Below, piece by piece: positions 42,082 through 50,702 of a stretch of DNA of 64,000 nucleotides. The DNA lies in the IMG/VR virus record IMGVR_UViG_3300032312_000528, positions 3,370 through 67,369 of that record; one strand, 5' to 3'. The first letter of the stretch is position 1. Every line of letters begins with the position of its first letter. The notes below the pieces were generated by a model that searched no databases, was not told where the DNA came from, and saw only the letters and a program-made list of their open reading frames with translations. Made by a program: the position numbers and the translations under genes. This DNA is from a virus. Taxonomy: Duplodnaviria; Caudoviricetes.

Positions 42082-42324
42082 CTAGTCCAGATCCTCACAA
42101 AATATAGGCGTCTTCTCACCTACCCACGCCCCAGATATATTGTAGTAGTAGTGCTCAAGTGCGTCCTCATCAGTCATTCCCTCGGCTATAAGTATCTCAA
42201 TGATTTTCTTCATGGAGTATATAAGTCTGTATTCTCTGGTACAGATACCTATTACAGCCTCATCAAATCCGTCTGCCTTTAACAGATTCTCGTCTTCGTA
42301 TAGTTCAACTAATCTCTCTAACAT
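42082..42324 (-). CDS. Conserved small phage protein (80 aa)
   Basis: LKADGFDEAVIG..EDALEHYYYNI.GAWVGEKTPIF. Confidence 0.7.
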   Translation of the reverse strand: MLERLVELYEDENLLKADGFDEAVIGICTREYRLIYSMKKIIEILIAEGMTDEDALEHYYYNISGAWVGEKTPIFCEDLD

Positions 42325-42325
42325 A

Positions 42326-42628
42326 CTACGCGTCTCCTTTAGGTCCCATTAGTAAAAAATTGCTGCCTTCCTTCTTGAATGCACCTTTCATCATTTCAGT
42401 TGCAACGGTCATTACAATCTTGGTGAGCTCATCTGAGCTTTTGCACGCGGTGTACAGTGCACAAGCCAAAGACATTTCTGTACCTACAACTGCTGCGGTG
42501 GATGTGTCCCCTTGGTTAGCTATGAGGATAAACCCTTGAGCTAGGTCCTGGTCTTTGTGCATTGCGTCACTAACGTTTTCAGCGACTCTAATTAGTTTTT
42601 CTAATTCTTTATTTTTTTTTTGGTTCAT
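42326..42628 (-). CDS. Hypothetical protein (100 aa)
   Basis: ORF with its own promoter (TATGTTTG at 42643-42636). Confidence 0.6.
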   Translation of the reverse strand: MNQKKNKELEKLIRVAENVSDAMHKDQDLAQGFILIANQGDTSTAAVVGTEMSLACALYTACKSSDELTKIVMTVATEMMKGAFKKEGSNFLLMGPKGDA

Positions 42629-42673
42629 AATGATGCAAACATACTAAATAATATATTACTATGCAAACTTTAT

Positions 42674-42898
42674 TTACTGGTTCTCCTTAGGGATCCTCTT
42701 TATATTTATAGATTTTTTTCCTTCTTCAATGGTGGCGCGGCTTTCCACCTCCCTGATAATCTGATCAACTGCTGTAAGTATTCTGTCTCTGGCAGATGTA
42801 GCATAGAACGCTTTAGGGGACGCGTAACCAAATATAGCCGCAATATCAATAAGCTTGTAGTACCTCTTGTATGGCCTGACCTTCTTTCTCCTTTTCAT
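42674..42898 (-). CDS. Basic, HTH-like protein (74 aa)
   Basis: KLIDIAAIFGYASPKAF; ATG 42898 lies 4 nt after TATATTTG. Confidence 0.55.
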   Translation of the reverse strand: MKRRKKVRPYKRYYKLIDIAAIFGYASPKAFYATSARDRILTAVDQIIREVESRATIEEGKKSINIKRIPKENQ

Positions 42899-42995
42899 TG
42901 TGCAAATATAGTACAAAATTCTAGCATATGCTAAGTTTTACACGCGGTGGAGACAAATATTCTGGAATAAGTGTACACCAAGGGTATATACCTAA

Positions 42996-43028
42996 TTTTG
43001 CTTTTTTTGCTTTTTTTGCTTTTTTTGC
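42996..43028. repeat. Tandem 9-mer (TTTTTTTGC) x3 plus a partial copy
   Basis: Read directly. Confidence 0.95.
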
Positions 43029-43360
43029 TTTATGAGAATCAATTAGTTACGTCTAACTAGGTACACCCCTATACTAATAACGTGGTACGGCATCATTTAC
43101 TTAACCCAGGGTACACTTGTACTAACGTACGGGGGCCTATCTACTTAACCCACCCCCAGGTCTAACTGTATTGGTGAGGTGATCGATGTCGATCCCATAC
43201 CACGCGCGCCCGAATCGAACGACATTTTACGGAAGCCACCCATAGCGTTGAGCCTTGCTATCACTCACTCTTGGTCATGTTTCGCATGATGCCCTCTCTG
43301 ACCTGAGATTGAAAGCAAAGTAAACTGATTAAGAGCATTTCTTTCCATTGGTCTGAGATA

Positions 43361-43388
43361 GGGGAGGGGAGGGGAGGGGAGGGGTGGG
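43361..43388 (+). repeat. (GGGGA)4-GGGGT-GGG tract, G-quadruplex-forming
   Basis: Six G-runs of at least 3 with 1-nt loops. Confidence 0.9.
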
Positions 43389-43612
43389 CATCAGGGAAGG
43401 GACGGCAAAACTAGTTAACATAATTATAATTATAAGACAAGGCGATACAGCCATCCTAAGCGACTCTGAGGTGAATGTAGTAGGTAAGGACTATGCGAGG
43501 GGTGAAAGTGCGTGAGAAAGGAAGCGTTTATCCTTAAAAGGCATGTTTCCTTCCCTTCCTTCCATCTCGCTACATTTTCGCCAAAACTGATAGACCTCTC
43601 AGCGTTCTTCCC

Positions 43613-43620
43613 TATCTTTG
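43613..43620 (+). promoter_or_regulatory. -7 promoter element (TATCTTTG), first rightward promoter
   Basis: Consensus match 22 nt before ATG 43643. Confidence 0.65.
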
Positions 43621-43642
43621 CTACCTGATAAACAATACACTT

Positions 43643-44287
43643 ATGAGCAAAGAGTCAATATATGTTGAGCATCCATTGGGTAACTATAGTTCGCCTGAGG
43701 AATCAGGCTTGCTGTCCTCTCCTGATGTCCTTGCTTCCATCCCACTGAAGGACATTCTAGCTGATGAGCGAGTGAAGTGCGCCATGTATAAGAGGGACAA
43801 ACATCGTGATGCTGTTGCTAAGAATATTCGCTCAGGTAAGGAGTCCTTGGCATTTGGCTATCTTGTTGGGATGGTGATGCCCTCGGTTATATCTAAAGTT
43901 CAGACCTCCTCCCTGAGTCCGTTTCGCTCCCTGACAAATTACCATATTCACATGATCTTAGGAATGTGGGTGGTTCAGCAGTTGAACGATGGTGTGGCAA
44001 GGCTTTCGCAGATATTACCATATACTAAGAAAGACTCCCTGACGAATAGAAGGAAGGTGCTAGCTGACCTGATTAGTCTAGGCTTGGTCGAAGAATTAAA
44101 TCACTTGGATGTCCATGCTCGCTCAGGCAAGGTGCTCAAGCCTATAATATCCAGTACTAATAAGACCAAACACTATGCATTGACAAGGCTTGGCGAGAAA
44201 TTGACCGACGAATTTAACAGCATGTTCAGTAAGATGCACGCCAAATTGATTGGTGACTTTTGGACATCCTCGCTAGACAAGTTGTAG
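43643..44287 (+). CDS. Winged-helix (MarR-like) DNA-binding protein (214 aa)
   Basis: RKVLADLISLGLVEE...HYALTRLGEKL wing motif. Confidence 0.6.
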   Translation: MSKESIYVEHPLGNYSSPEESGLLSSPDVLASIPLKDILADERVKCAMYKRDKHRDAVAKNIRSGKESLAFGYLVGMVMPSVISKVQTSSLSPFRSLTNYHIHMILGMWVVQQLNDGVARLSQILPYTKKDSLTNRRKVLADLISLGLVEELNHLDVHARSGKVLKPIISSTNKTKHYALTRLGEKLTDEFNSMFSKMHAKLIGDFWTSSLDKL

Positions 44288-44382
44288 CAAGGGATACAAA
44301 ACTTTTTTGTATTTTTTTTTATAAAATGTTTGGATATATGAAATGAATTTTGCAATCTTTGTAAACTTTAATAACATATATT

Positions 44383-44616
44383 ATGAATCAATTCATCACC
44401 GCAGTTCAACTGCAAAGCAACAAAGACCTAGCTATCAACACTAGTCACATTATCGCTATTCACCAAACTCATATCTACACTCATGAACGCAATCTACATG
44501 GCGTGGAGATAGAGTGTATTGGTGACATCACCATCCTGATTCAGGGAAGTGTAGAGAGCGTTATGGAATCTATTTACGGACTAAACAATTCAGTACTTTT
44601 TAACTATACCAAATAA
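44383..44616 (+). CDS. Hypothetical early protein (77 aa)
   Basis: ORF with an A-rich initiation region. Confidence 0.6.
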   Translation: MNQFITAVQLQSNKDLAINTSHIIAIHQTHIYTHERNLHGVEIECIGDITILIQGSVESVMESIYGLNNSVLFNYTK

Positions 44617-44774
44617 TGAAATTAGCAATTTTTATCCTATGCTTTGTGACCTCATTGGTCATGGTGCTAGCGTCCCTAGTGTACGAAAACACATTTATGT
44701 TCCTAGGTGCATGCCTTATGGTCTTCACCTCTTGTGCTCTTGTCTCTACTGAACTTAACCAATCTAACAATTAA
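44616..44774 (+). CDS. Small two-helix membrane protein (52 aa)
   Basis: Manually found: MKLAIFILCFVTSLVMVLASLV...; TAATG coupling. Confidence 0.55.
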   Translation: MKLAIFILCFVTSLVMVLASLVYENTFMFLGACLMVFTSCALVSTELNQSNN

Positions 44775-44777
44775 GCC

Positions 44778-45101
44778 ATGAACATCAAATCAATTGAAAA
44801 GAAGGTGAGTGCTCTTAACTTATTAATCGAGCGTGCTAACAATTTAGACCTAGAGGTCGTTGACGAGTCTTGCACATGGCAAGCACCTTACAAGTATGAG
44901 CCCATCAAATATAGCAGAGGCACAATGTACATTAAATGGGTTAAACTAGACCTATATAAGCACCTTAAGAAAGGCATTAATGTATGGGAGAAAGGCTCTG
45001 AGACAATCAAAAAATCAGACATCCAATATGCGTGCCCTATAAATGACCTTGCTCGCATGTATCGTAAAGCCTTGAAAAGATATGAGACCTATGGCTATTA
45101 A
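44778..45101 (+). CDS. Hypothetical early protein (107 aa)
   Basis: ORF. Confidence 0.6.
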   Translation: MNIKSIEKKVSALNLLIERANNLDLEVVDESCTWQAPYKYEPIKYSRGTMYIKWVKLDLYKHLKKGINVWEKGSETIKKSDIQYACPINDLARMYRKALKRYETYGY

Positions 45102-45123
45102 TCAACATAAACAATACAACAAC

Positions 45124-45342
45124 ATGACAAGCCAATTAAAAGCACGCGTAAAGAGATGCAAGTATGCTCACCTGATTACTGAGGAGTTATTGAAAGAAGG
45201 TGAAAGCCAAGAGTGGGTCAGCAGATATGGTGGTAGAGGTTTAGGGTGCGAATTGCTTCCTGACGAGAGACGCATCACCTCCCAAGCCTTTGGAGACCTC
45301 ATCATTGACATCCTAAGGCATAGACAAACCAAACTAGTATAA
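45124..45342 (+). CDS. Hypothetical early protein (72 aa)
   Basis: Start moved to ATG 45124 after the A-rich leader. Confidence 0.55.
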   Translation: MTSQLKARVKRCKYAHLITEELLKEGESQEWVSRYGGRGLGCELLPDERRITSQAFGDLIIDILRHRQTKLV

Positions 45343-45377
45343 GGTGACCAGAGGGAGTTCGAATCTCCCTCTACTAG
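45334..45377 (+). ncRNA. Mini-tRNA-like element 1
   Basis: CTAGTA-TAAGGTGACCA-GAGGGAG-TTCGAAT-CTCCCTC-TACTAG. Confidence 0.75.
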
Positions 45378-45395
45378 CAAATTTTATTAAATATC

Positions 45396-46121
45396 ATGTA
45401 CACTAAACCATCATCATTATTTGGCACACAAAACGCCAAGACCATTAAAGGAGAGGCTCTAGGCTTCACGACCTACATTATCTACCTATCACCTCACAAA
45501 GCCAATTCACTTGGTAAGAATCTTTGTGCCGGTGCATCCAAAGGGTGCATAGCATCTTGTCTCTATACTGCCGGTCTTGGTGGTATTTATGAGAGCATCC
45601 CTAAAGCGAGACGCAACAAAACTGAATACTTCCTACACAATAAGGAGGGCTTTATGGCTCAAGCCTACAAAGAGATAGCCAAGGGCTATGCAAAGCACGG
45701 AGACGGCATGGCTGTAAGAATGAACGGCACTTCTGACATCCCTTGGGAGAATATGATGCATGAGGGCAAGAATCTGATGGAGCACTTCCCACACATTCAG
45801 TTCTATGACTACACAAAAGTGTTCAGCAGACTGCTAAAGGAATTGCCTGATAACTATCACCTGACCTTCAGCGTAAGCGAAGATGCCCTCAATCAGATTA
45901 ATTCTATCACTGCTCTGGAAATGGGATTCAATGTGGCGATGGTCTTTGACACCAAGCGAAAGAAAGCCCTCCCTGAGACATACAAAGGCTATAGCGTGGT
46001 GGATGGCGACGAGCATGACCTGACCTTCCTCAGGGAGAAAGGCACGATAATAGGCTTGCGTGCTAAAGGGAAAGCGATAGGTGATGAGTCAGGCTTTGTG
46101 TTTAAGGCAGAGCAAAAGTAA
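45396..46121 (+). CDS. Gp88-like protein with radical-SAM-type Cys cluster (241 aa)
   Basis: LCAGASKGCIASCLYTAG, VRMNGTSDIPW, QFYDYTK, VDGDEHDLTF. Confidence 0.75.
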   Translation: MYTKPSSLFGTQNAKTIKGEALGFTTYIIYLSPHKANSLGKNLCAGASKGCIASCLYTAGLGGIYESIPKARRNKTEYFLHNKEGFMAQAYKEIAKGYAKHGDGMAVRMNGTSDIPWENMMHEGKNLMEHFPHIQFYDYTKVFSRLLKELPDNYHLTFSVSEDALNQINSITALEMGFNVAMVFDTKRKKALPETYKGYSVVDGDEHDLTFLREKGTIIGLRAKGKAIGDESGFVFKAEQK

Positions 46122-46123
46122 TC

Positions 46124-46167
46124 AGGGTGGATGGTCTTAGCGAGGGGCTCGACTCCTCTCGCACCCT
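46124..46167 (+). ncRNA. Mini-tRNA-like element 2
   Basis: AGGGTG-GATGGTCTTAG-CGAGGGG-CTCGACT-CCTCTCG-CACCCT. Confidence 0.75.
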
Positions 46168-46189
46168 CAAAATTTAATTTAAATATATC

Positions 46190-47182
46190 ATGAAAAAGTA
46201 TCAAGTAAAACTGACTCGCGTATGGGAAACATATGCAGAAATCGAAGCACTAACAATGGCTGACGCTCAGGCGATGTATGACTCTATGGTCGAAAGCGGT
46301 CTGATGGCTCAGAAAGAACTAGAGCAAATGGGCATCTCTGATGAGAGCCACAAAATTACTGAGCTAAACCAAAGCGATGACAAGACCTATGTGCTATTTG
46401 GTAGCGACATGGTAAGGGTTGCTGACAATACCTCGCTAAACGCCAAAGCAATTGCAGAGACGATTCACAAAGGAGTGAATAGCATGACCAATCTGCAAGT
46501 TTATGAACCCAACACACCAATAGGATGCATCATTGAGTCGGTTATTGGATGGGGTGACTACATGGTCATTGGGAAAGCGAAATACGATGAGATAATAGCA
46601 GAGGTCTCCAAGTTAGAATCGCCAGTCTCAGAGCCTACACAAAGCGTTTTAAAGGCATGGCGTGACAATGACCAAGTAGAGGGTCAATACTACGCTAGAA
46701 AGTGCGACATCACGGGCGAAGGCATGTACGAGGGGTGGGTTGTAAGTGGTGGTGAGACCTACATTAAGTACGAAAGCGACGCGATTGAATACTGCCGAAA
46801 GCATTGGAATCAGACCTTGCAAGAGGCTTATGACGAAAGCGAAAAGAACGGAGGTGACTCATTCTATTGGACGTCATGGGAGGATGACGAAAGCGATTAC
46901 CAATATCGCTTTGTAAATGGCGTGCTAATTGATGAGGATAGCGAGCACTTTGCATATCAAATCGAAGAGCCTATAGAAAGCGAGCCAAAGCATGACTACT
47001 TCTCACCTACCGAGGAGACTATGCATCGCATGGACATGGTCTTGGATGACCTCGCTAAGATACGAGAGTGGGCAGTTCAGCACAAAGCACCTGAAGAGAT
47101 ATTGGTCATGTTCAGCAATATCGAAATAGCGTGCGACCTCGACGATAAGGAGTCTCTCGGTTGGTCAAAGTACAAAGATTAA
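46190..47182 (+). CDS. Acidic multi-domain early protein (330 aa)
   Basis: Long ORF; no family recognised. Confidence 0.7.
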   Translation: MKKYQVKLTRVWETYAEIEALTMADAQAMYDSMVESGLMAQKELEQMGISDESHKITELNQSDDKTYVLFGSDMVRVADNTSLNAKAIAETIHKGVNSMTNLQVYEPNTPIGCIIESVIGWGDYMVIGKAKYDEIIAEVSKLESPVSEPTQSVLKAWRDNDQVEGQYYARKCDITGEGMYEGWVVSGGETYIKYESDAIEYCRKHWNQTLQEAYDESEKNGGDSFYWTSWEDDESDYQYRFVNGVLIDEDSEHFAYQIEEPIESEPKHDYFSPTEETMHRMDMVLDDLAKIREWAVQHKAPEEILVMFSNIEIACDLDDKESLGWSKYKD

Positions 47183-47230
47183 CTGACGAGCCTTCAGGAG
47201 GCGAAACGAGGCGAAAGCCTTGTCTTAATC
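47177..47230 (+). ncRNA. Type I hammerhead ribozyme; predicted cleavage after C47224
   Basis: GATTAA-CTGACGA-GCCT(TCAGG)AGGC-GAA-ACGAGGC(GAAA)GCCTTGT-C-TTAATC: all core nucleotides and three stems present, GUC cleavage triplet. Confidence 0.93.
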
Positions 47231-47244
47231 ATAAAATATATATC

Positions 47245-48135
47245 ATGAACCAAACAATTTTCAATCAGACCCTAGACCTTTTAGAATCTACAAACCTAAA
47301 TTGGTCAGTAACAAAAGAGCCTTTATTCACTGCTGACGGCAAAGCATCCGAGACCTTTGGAATGTATCGCTCAGACACCAATTCATGGCTTGGAAGCGTG
47401 GGTAACAAGTACGCACCCATGCAGAACCACACGCTAGCTGAGACCATCGTAATGGCATCGCAAGGCATCCAATGTCAAAAGCATAGAGGTGGCTCTCTGG
47501 ATGGTGGAAGCAAGGTGTTCATCCAATGCGAACTGCCTGACGAGTACATTGGCAATAGTGGTGTAAAGCGTTGGATTACTGCCCTGAACTCGCATGACGG
47601 CAGTTCATCAATCGGCTTTGGCTCGACCTCTCAGGTGGTCTTTTGTCAGAACATGTTCCACAAAGCGTTAAAGGAACTAGCAAAGTTCAGGCACACATCA
47701 TCTGCCGAGGAGCGTGTGCGTGTGGCGTCAGAGGACTTGAACAAAGCGTTATTGTCAGACAACATCCTGATGACCGACTTTAAGCGTATGGCAGACCTTA
47801 AGATAGGTGAGGAGGTCATTGAGCGTGTAATCCGTCGCATATTCACCTTGGACGCAAAGCAGACTCAGACAAGCGAGGTGTCAAGCCTTAAGAAAAACCA
47901 AGTGACTGCATTCGCTGATAGCCTACAAACTGAAATCAACACCCATGGGCAGACATTGTGGGCGTTGTTCAACGGAGTGACAAGGTACACCAACCACCAC
48001 GCCTCTCCAAAGGACGCTGAGGCAAAGCAAACCTACCTGATGGTTGGTGGTGGCTACAAAAACAATCTGCTAGGCTTTGAGGAGTGCATGAAGTGGCTAG
48101 GAGAGAACACAAAGCAAGTGTATTCATTGGCATAA
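47245..48135 (+). CDS. DUF932 family protein (296 aa)
   Basis: LNWSVTKEPL, LGSVGNKYAPMQN, GGSLDGGSKVFI, LNSHDGSSS, VFCQNM; start at ATG 47245. Confidence 0.85.
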   Translation: MNQTIFNQTLDLLESTNLNWSVTKEPLFTADGKASETFGMYRSDTNSWLGSVGNKYAPMQNHTLAETIVMASQGIQCQKHRGGSLDGGSKVFIQCELPDEYIGNSGVKRWITALNSHDGSSSIGFGSTSQVVFCQNMFHKALKELAKFRHTSSAEERVRVASEDLNKALLSDNILMTDFKRMADLKIGEEVIERVIRRIFTLDAKQTQTSEVSSLKKNQVTAFADSLQTEINTHGQTLWALFNGVTRYTNHHASPKDAEAKQTYLMVGGGYKNNLLGFEECMKWLGENTKQVYSLA

Positions 48136-48140
48136 AGCCT

Positions 48141-48184
48141 AGGGTGGATGGTGAGCAGTGGGGGTTCGAATCCTCCACCACCCT
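48141..48184 (+). ncRNA. Mini-tRNA-like element 3
   Basis: AGGGTG-GATGGTGAGCA-GTGGGGG-TTCGAAT-CCTCCAC-CACCCT. Confidence 0.75.
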
Positions 48185-48205
48185 CAAATTTATTTTAAAT
48201 ATATC

Positions 48206-48991
48206 ATGAAAAAACAAACCTACCTGATGACTCAAAGCCCAATGAACGCTCTAGTCGTTACCAATGCAATCGGACAGCTGAAAGCAATCGATGTCGATGG
48301 CGAGACCATGCAATTTATTATTGAAAGCCTTGGCATGAATGACCAAATGCTAAGGCAATTGATCATGGACAATCCCGAAAGCGACACCAAAGATTTATTG
48401 GCAGAAAAAATCTCTTTAAGCGACCAAGCGAGGTCTCAGATAAACGCTCCAAAGCCAAAGCCTTTATCCGACCAAGAGCGAGCACACCTAGACCAATTGA
48501 ATAACTTCATAGAGTATTGGTCAAGTGACGATGCCATGCGAGAGCGTATGTATGGGGTCGCACATGACTACATTGTTGAGGTTGTGCGAGACCTAGAAGG
48601 GGACGCAAAGCAACCTACATGGTTTGAAGTGTTCAAGACAAATTGGGATGGCTCAACCATGACAATAGCGTCCTTCGACATAAAGCAAGACGCTCTGGCG
48701 TTCGTTCTTAGTAGACCAAAGGGTCTAGGCATAGACGAGTGGACAATGGGTTCTGACGGCATCCCACATCAAGTGAGTGAACGCAAGTGCACATTGCAAC
48801 CAAACGAATATGTTCTATATGATAGGGGTAACAATAGTCTATTCAGCGACCCATACGGACGCATCATAGTCTATGGAGACAGAAAAGAGGCTGAGGCTGA
48901 CTGCCACGGAAACGAGTTGGTGATATCTTGCACTCAGCTACCAAGCGACCTTAGAAACGAACTACTAAAGCAAATCAACAATGAACAATAA
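48206..48991 (+). CDS. Multi-domain hypothetical early protein (261 aa)
   Basis: Start at ATG 48206 after the conserved leader. Confidence 0.65.
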   Translation: MKKQTYLMTQSPMNALVVTNAIGQLKAIDVDGETMQFIIESLGMNDQMLRQLIMDNPESDTKDLLAEKISLSDQARSQINAPKPKPLSDQERAHLDQLNNFIEYWSSDDAMRERMYGVAHDYIVEVVRDLEGDAKQPTWFEVFKTNWDGSTMTIASFDIKQDALAFVLSRPKGLGIDEWTMGSDGIPHQVSERKCTLQPNEYVLYDRGNNSLFSDPYGRIIVYGDRKEAEADCHGNELVISCTQLPSDLRNELLKQINNEQ

Positions 48992-49175
48992 CATCAAACT
49001 TATGTGGATAGCGGTCATAATGATTGCATCCTTTTTTGTCGGCAAAGCGTCAGCTGACTCAACTGCCGAGATGGAAGCCTACCTGAAGTATCACCCTCTA
49101 GGGGGTGACGCCTCTTATGAGGAGTTCGAGCATATTTTCCGCGACAAAGCAATTCATTATCTTAATAACAAATAA
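48981..49175 (+). CDS. Small protein with N-terminal hydrophobic/signal segment (64 aa)
   Basis: IKLMWIAVIMIASFFVGKASA. Confidence 0.6.
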   Translation: MNNNIKLMWIAVIMIASFFVGKASADSTAEMEAYLKYHPLGGDASYEEFEHIFRDKAIHYLNNK

Positions 49176-49177
49176 CC

Positions 49178-49714
49178 ATGACCAATTTAACATCAAAACA
49201 AAAGCAAATCATCAGTGACATCACTGAGCAATTCAAATCAATTAACGAAAGCGTTAAACCCAGTGCATCCTTCAATTTTATTGACCTATCAGAGTTCAAC
49301 GAGGCAAAGCGACAAGGTGACATCAGAATAGCCGAGATAAAGGCTCAGAACGATGCGTTACGCTCGGCAGTCCGAGACGAGATGACCACCATAGCAGAGG
49401 CTCTCAATAGCGACTTCAAGGGCACAAAACTGAGGGCAGAGGTGAAGGAGTATGGTCAGTCAAGCGAATTGCTTATATTGGCAGGACTTCAAAGATACAA
49501 TCAGCACGACCCAAGCGAGATTATAATTAAAGCTAGGTGGACTAAGCAAGATGAACGCATCAATGACACATGGTGGGATGCACTTGTTTCCAATAAGTAC
49601 GAGATTTCGTATTGGGACAACGAAGTACACACAACGATAGCAGACCTTGTTAAAAGCGAACCATTCAAGAAGCTATTAAACCGAATCTACCTTAAGACCA
49701 CCAAAAGCGTATGA
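49178..49714 (+). CDS. Hypothetical early protein (178 aa)
   Basis: ORF. Confidence 0.65.
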   Translation: MTNLTSKQKQIISDITEQFKSINESVKPSASFNFIDLSEFNEAKRQGDIRIAEIKAQNDALRSAVRDEMTTIAEALNSDFKGTKLRAEVKEYGQSSELLILAGLQRYNQHDPSEIIIKARWTKQDERINDTWWDALVSNKYEISYWDNEVHTTIADLVKSEPFKKLLNRIYLKTTKSV

Positions 49715-49971
49715 ACCTACCACAATCAATCGAAGTAAGGCTACCTTGGGAGGAGACTCCCTTGGTAGTTAAAGTAACTGATGACTTGGCAACTACCTTT
49801 ATTTGGTATGTATGCGAAAGCGACAATGTCATAGAGATATCTGAGGGCATTTACACCACGCAAGTGTGCCAATACCATGACCGATGCACCCTAACTGAAC
49901 TACTAAAGGATTTCATAGAAGAATACATCCCAAAAGACGAACTAACCATTTTAAGCAATGCAAATTTATAG
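49711..49971 (+). CDS. Hypothetical protein (86 aa)
   Basis: Coupled ORF. Confidence 0.6.
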   Translation: MNLPQSIEVRLPWEETPLVVKVTDDLATTFIWYVCESDNVIEISEGIYTTQVCQYHDRCTLTELLKDFIEEYIPKDELTILSNANL

Positions 49972-50185
49972 AATCAACACCACAGCGTGGGAGGAGGAAG
50001 ACTTAGTACTCTTGACCACATTAAGCGAAAGCGACATCACCAAAGCTATCACGCCTATTGTACTCGAAGAGCGTGACGGAGGTGCAACCTATGACAACGA
50101 TGATCTTGTCAAAGCGTTAAAGAAAGCGTTCCCAACGGCTCATGTAGAGCAATACCCTAACGAATTACCAATCATAACAATATGA
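49958..50185 (+). CDS. Hypothetical protein (75 aa)
   Basis: Coupled ORF. Confidence 0.6.
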   Translation: MQIYRINTTAWEEEDLVLLTTLSESDITKAITPIVLEERDGGATYDNDDLVKALKKAFPTAHVEQYPNELPIITI

Positions 50186-50457
50186 ACACTGAACTAAACA
50201 ACCAATTAATCAGAGCAATGGTGAACCACCTAGAGGCTCTTGTCGAAAGCGACGAATTAAGCGTAAACGATGTCTCATGCATCAACGATGACCTAGACTA
50301 CATAGAGATAGCGTACTTTGGGCACACGCCTGATGGTGACCAACAACAAAGTTACGCAGACCAAATAGAGCGTGGCGAGTTAGAAACCATAGGCTTCGTC
50401 AAAGCGTTATCCTTTATTCACGATATGATTAGCTATTATTCAAACAAACTATCATGA
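50182..50457 (+). CDS. Hypothetical acidic protein (91 aa)
   Basis: Coupled ORF. Confidence 0.6.
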   Translation: MNTELNNQLIRAMVNHLEALVESDELSVNDVSCINDDLDYIEIAYFGHTPDGDQQQSYADQIERGELETIGFVKALSFIHDMISYYSNKLS

Positions 50458-50648
50458 GAGCAATCACAAGCAAAACATCGCAAGACTTCATCAGAGAAAA
50501 CCTGCACGAGATAGATTTCGATTTCGGATATGCAAGCGTGCTGAAGGCGAGATGCATGGAGAAAGCAGAAGCCATAGGATCAACATGGGAGGAGGTAATA
50601 GTCGAGGACTACGAAAGCGACCTAATAGCTATGCTGGATATATCCTAG
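50454..50648 (+). CDS. Hypothetical acidic protein (64 aa)
   Basis: Coupled ORF. Confidence 0.55.
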   Translation: MRAITSKTSQDFIRENLHEIDFDFGYASVLKARCMEKAEAIGSTWEEVIVEDYESDLIAMLDIS

Positions 50649-50702
50649 TTCAAAAAATATCTTGCATAACAAAAAATAATTATATATAATTGCACCCACC
50701 CA

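Noticed and set aside
42996-43152. Tandem and direct repeats as a possible CRISPR array
   Set aside because: Units are 9-11 bp with no unique 30-40 bp spacers, and there are no cas genes.
43587-43594. CTGATAGA as a second hammerhead core
   Set aside because: It does not fit CUGANGA, and there is no GAAA or stem arrangement.
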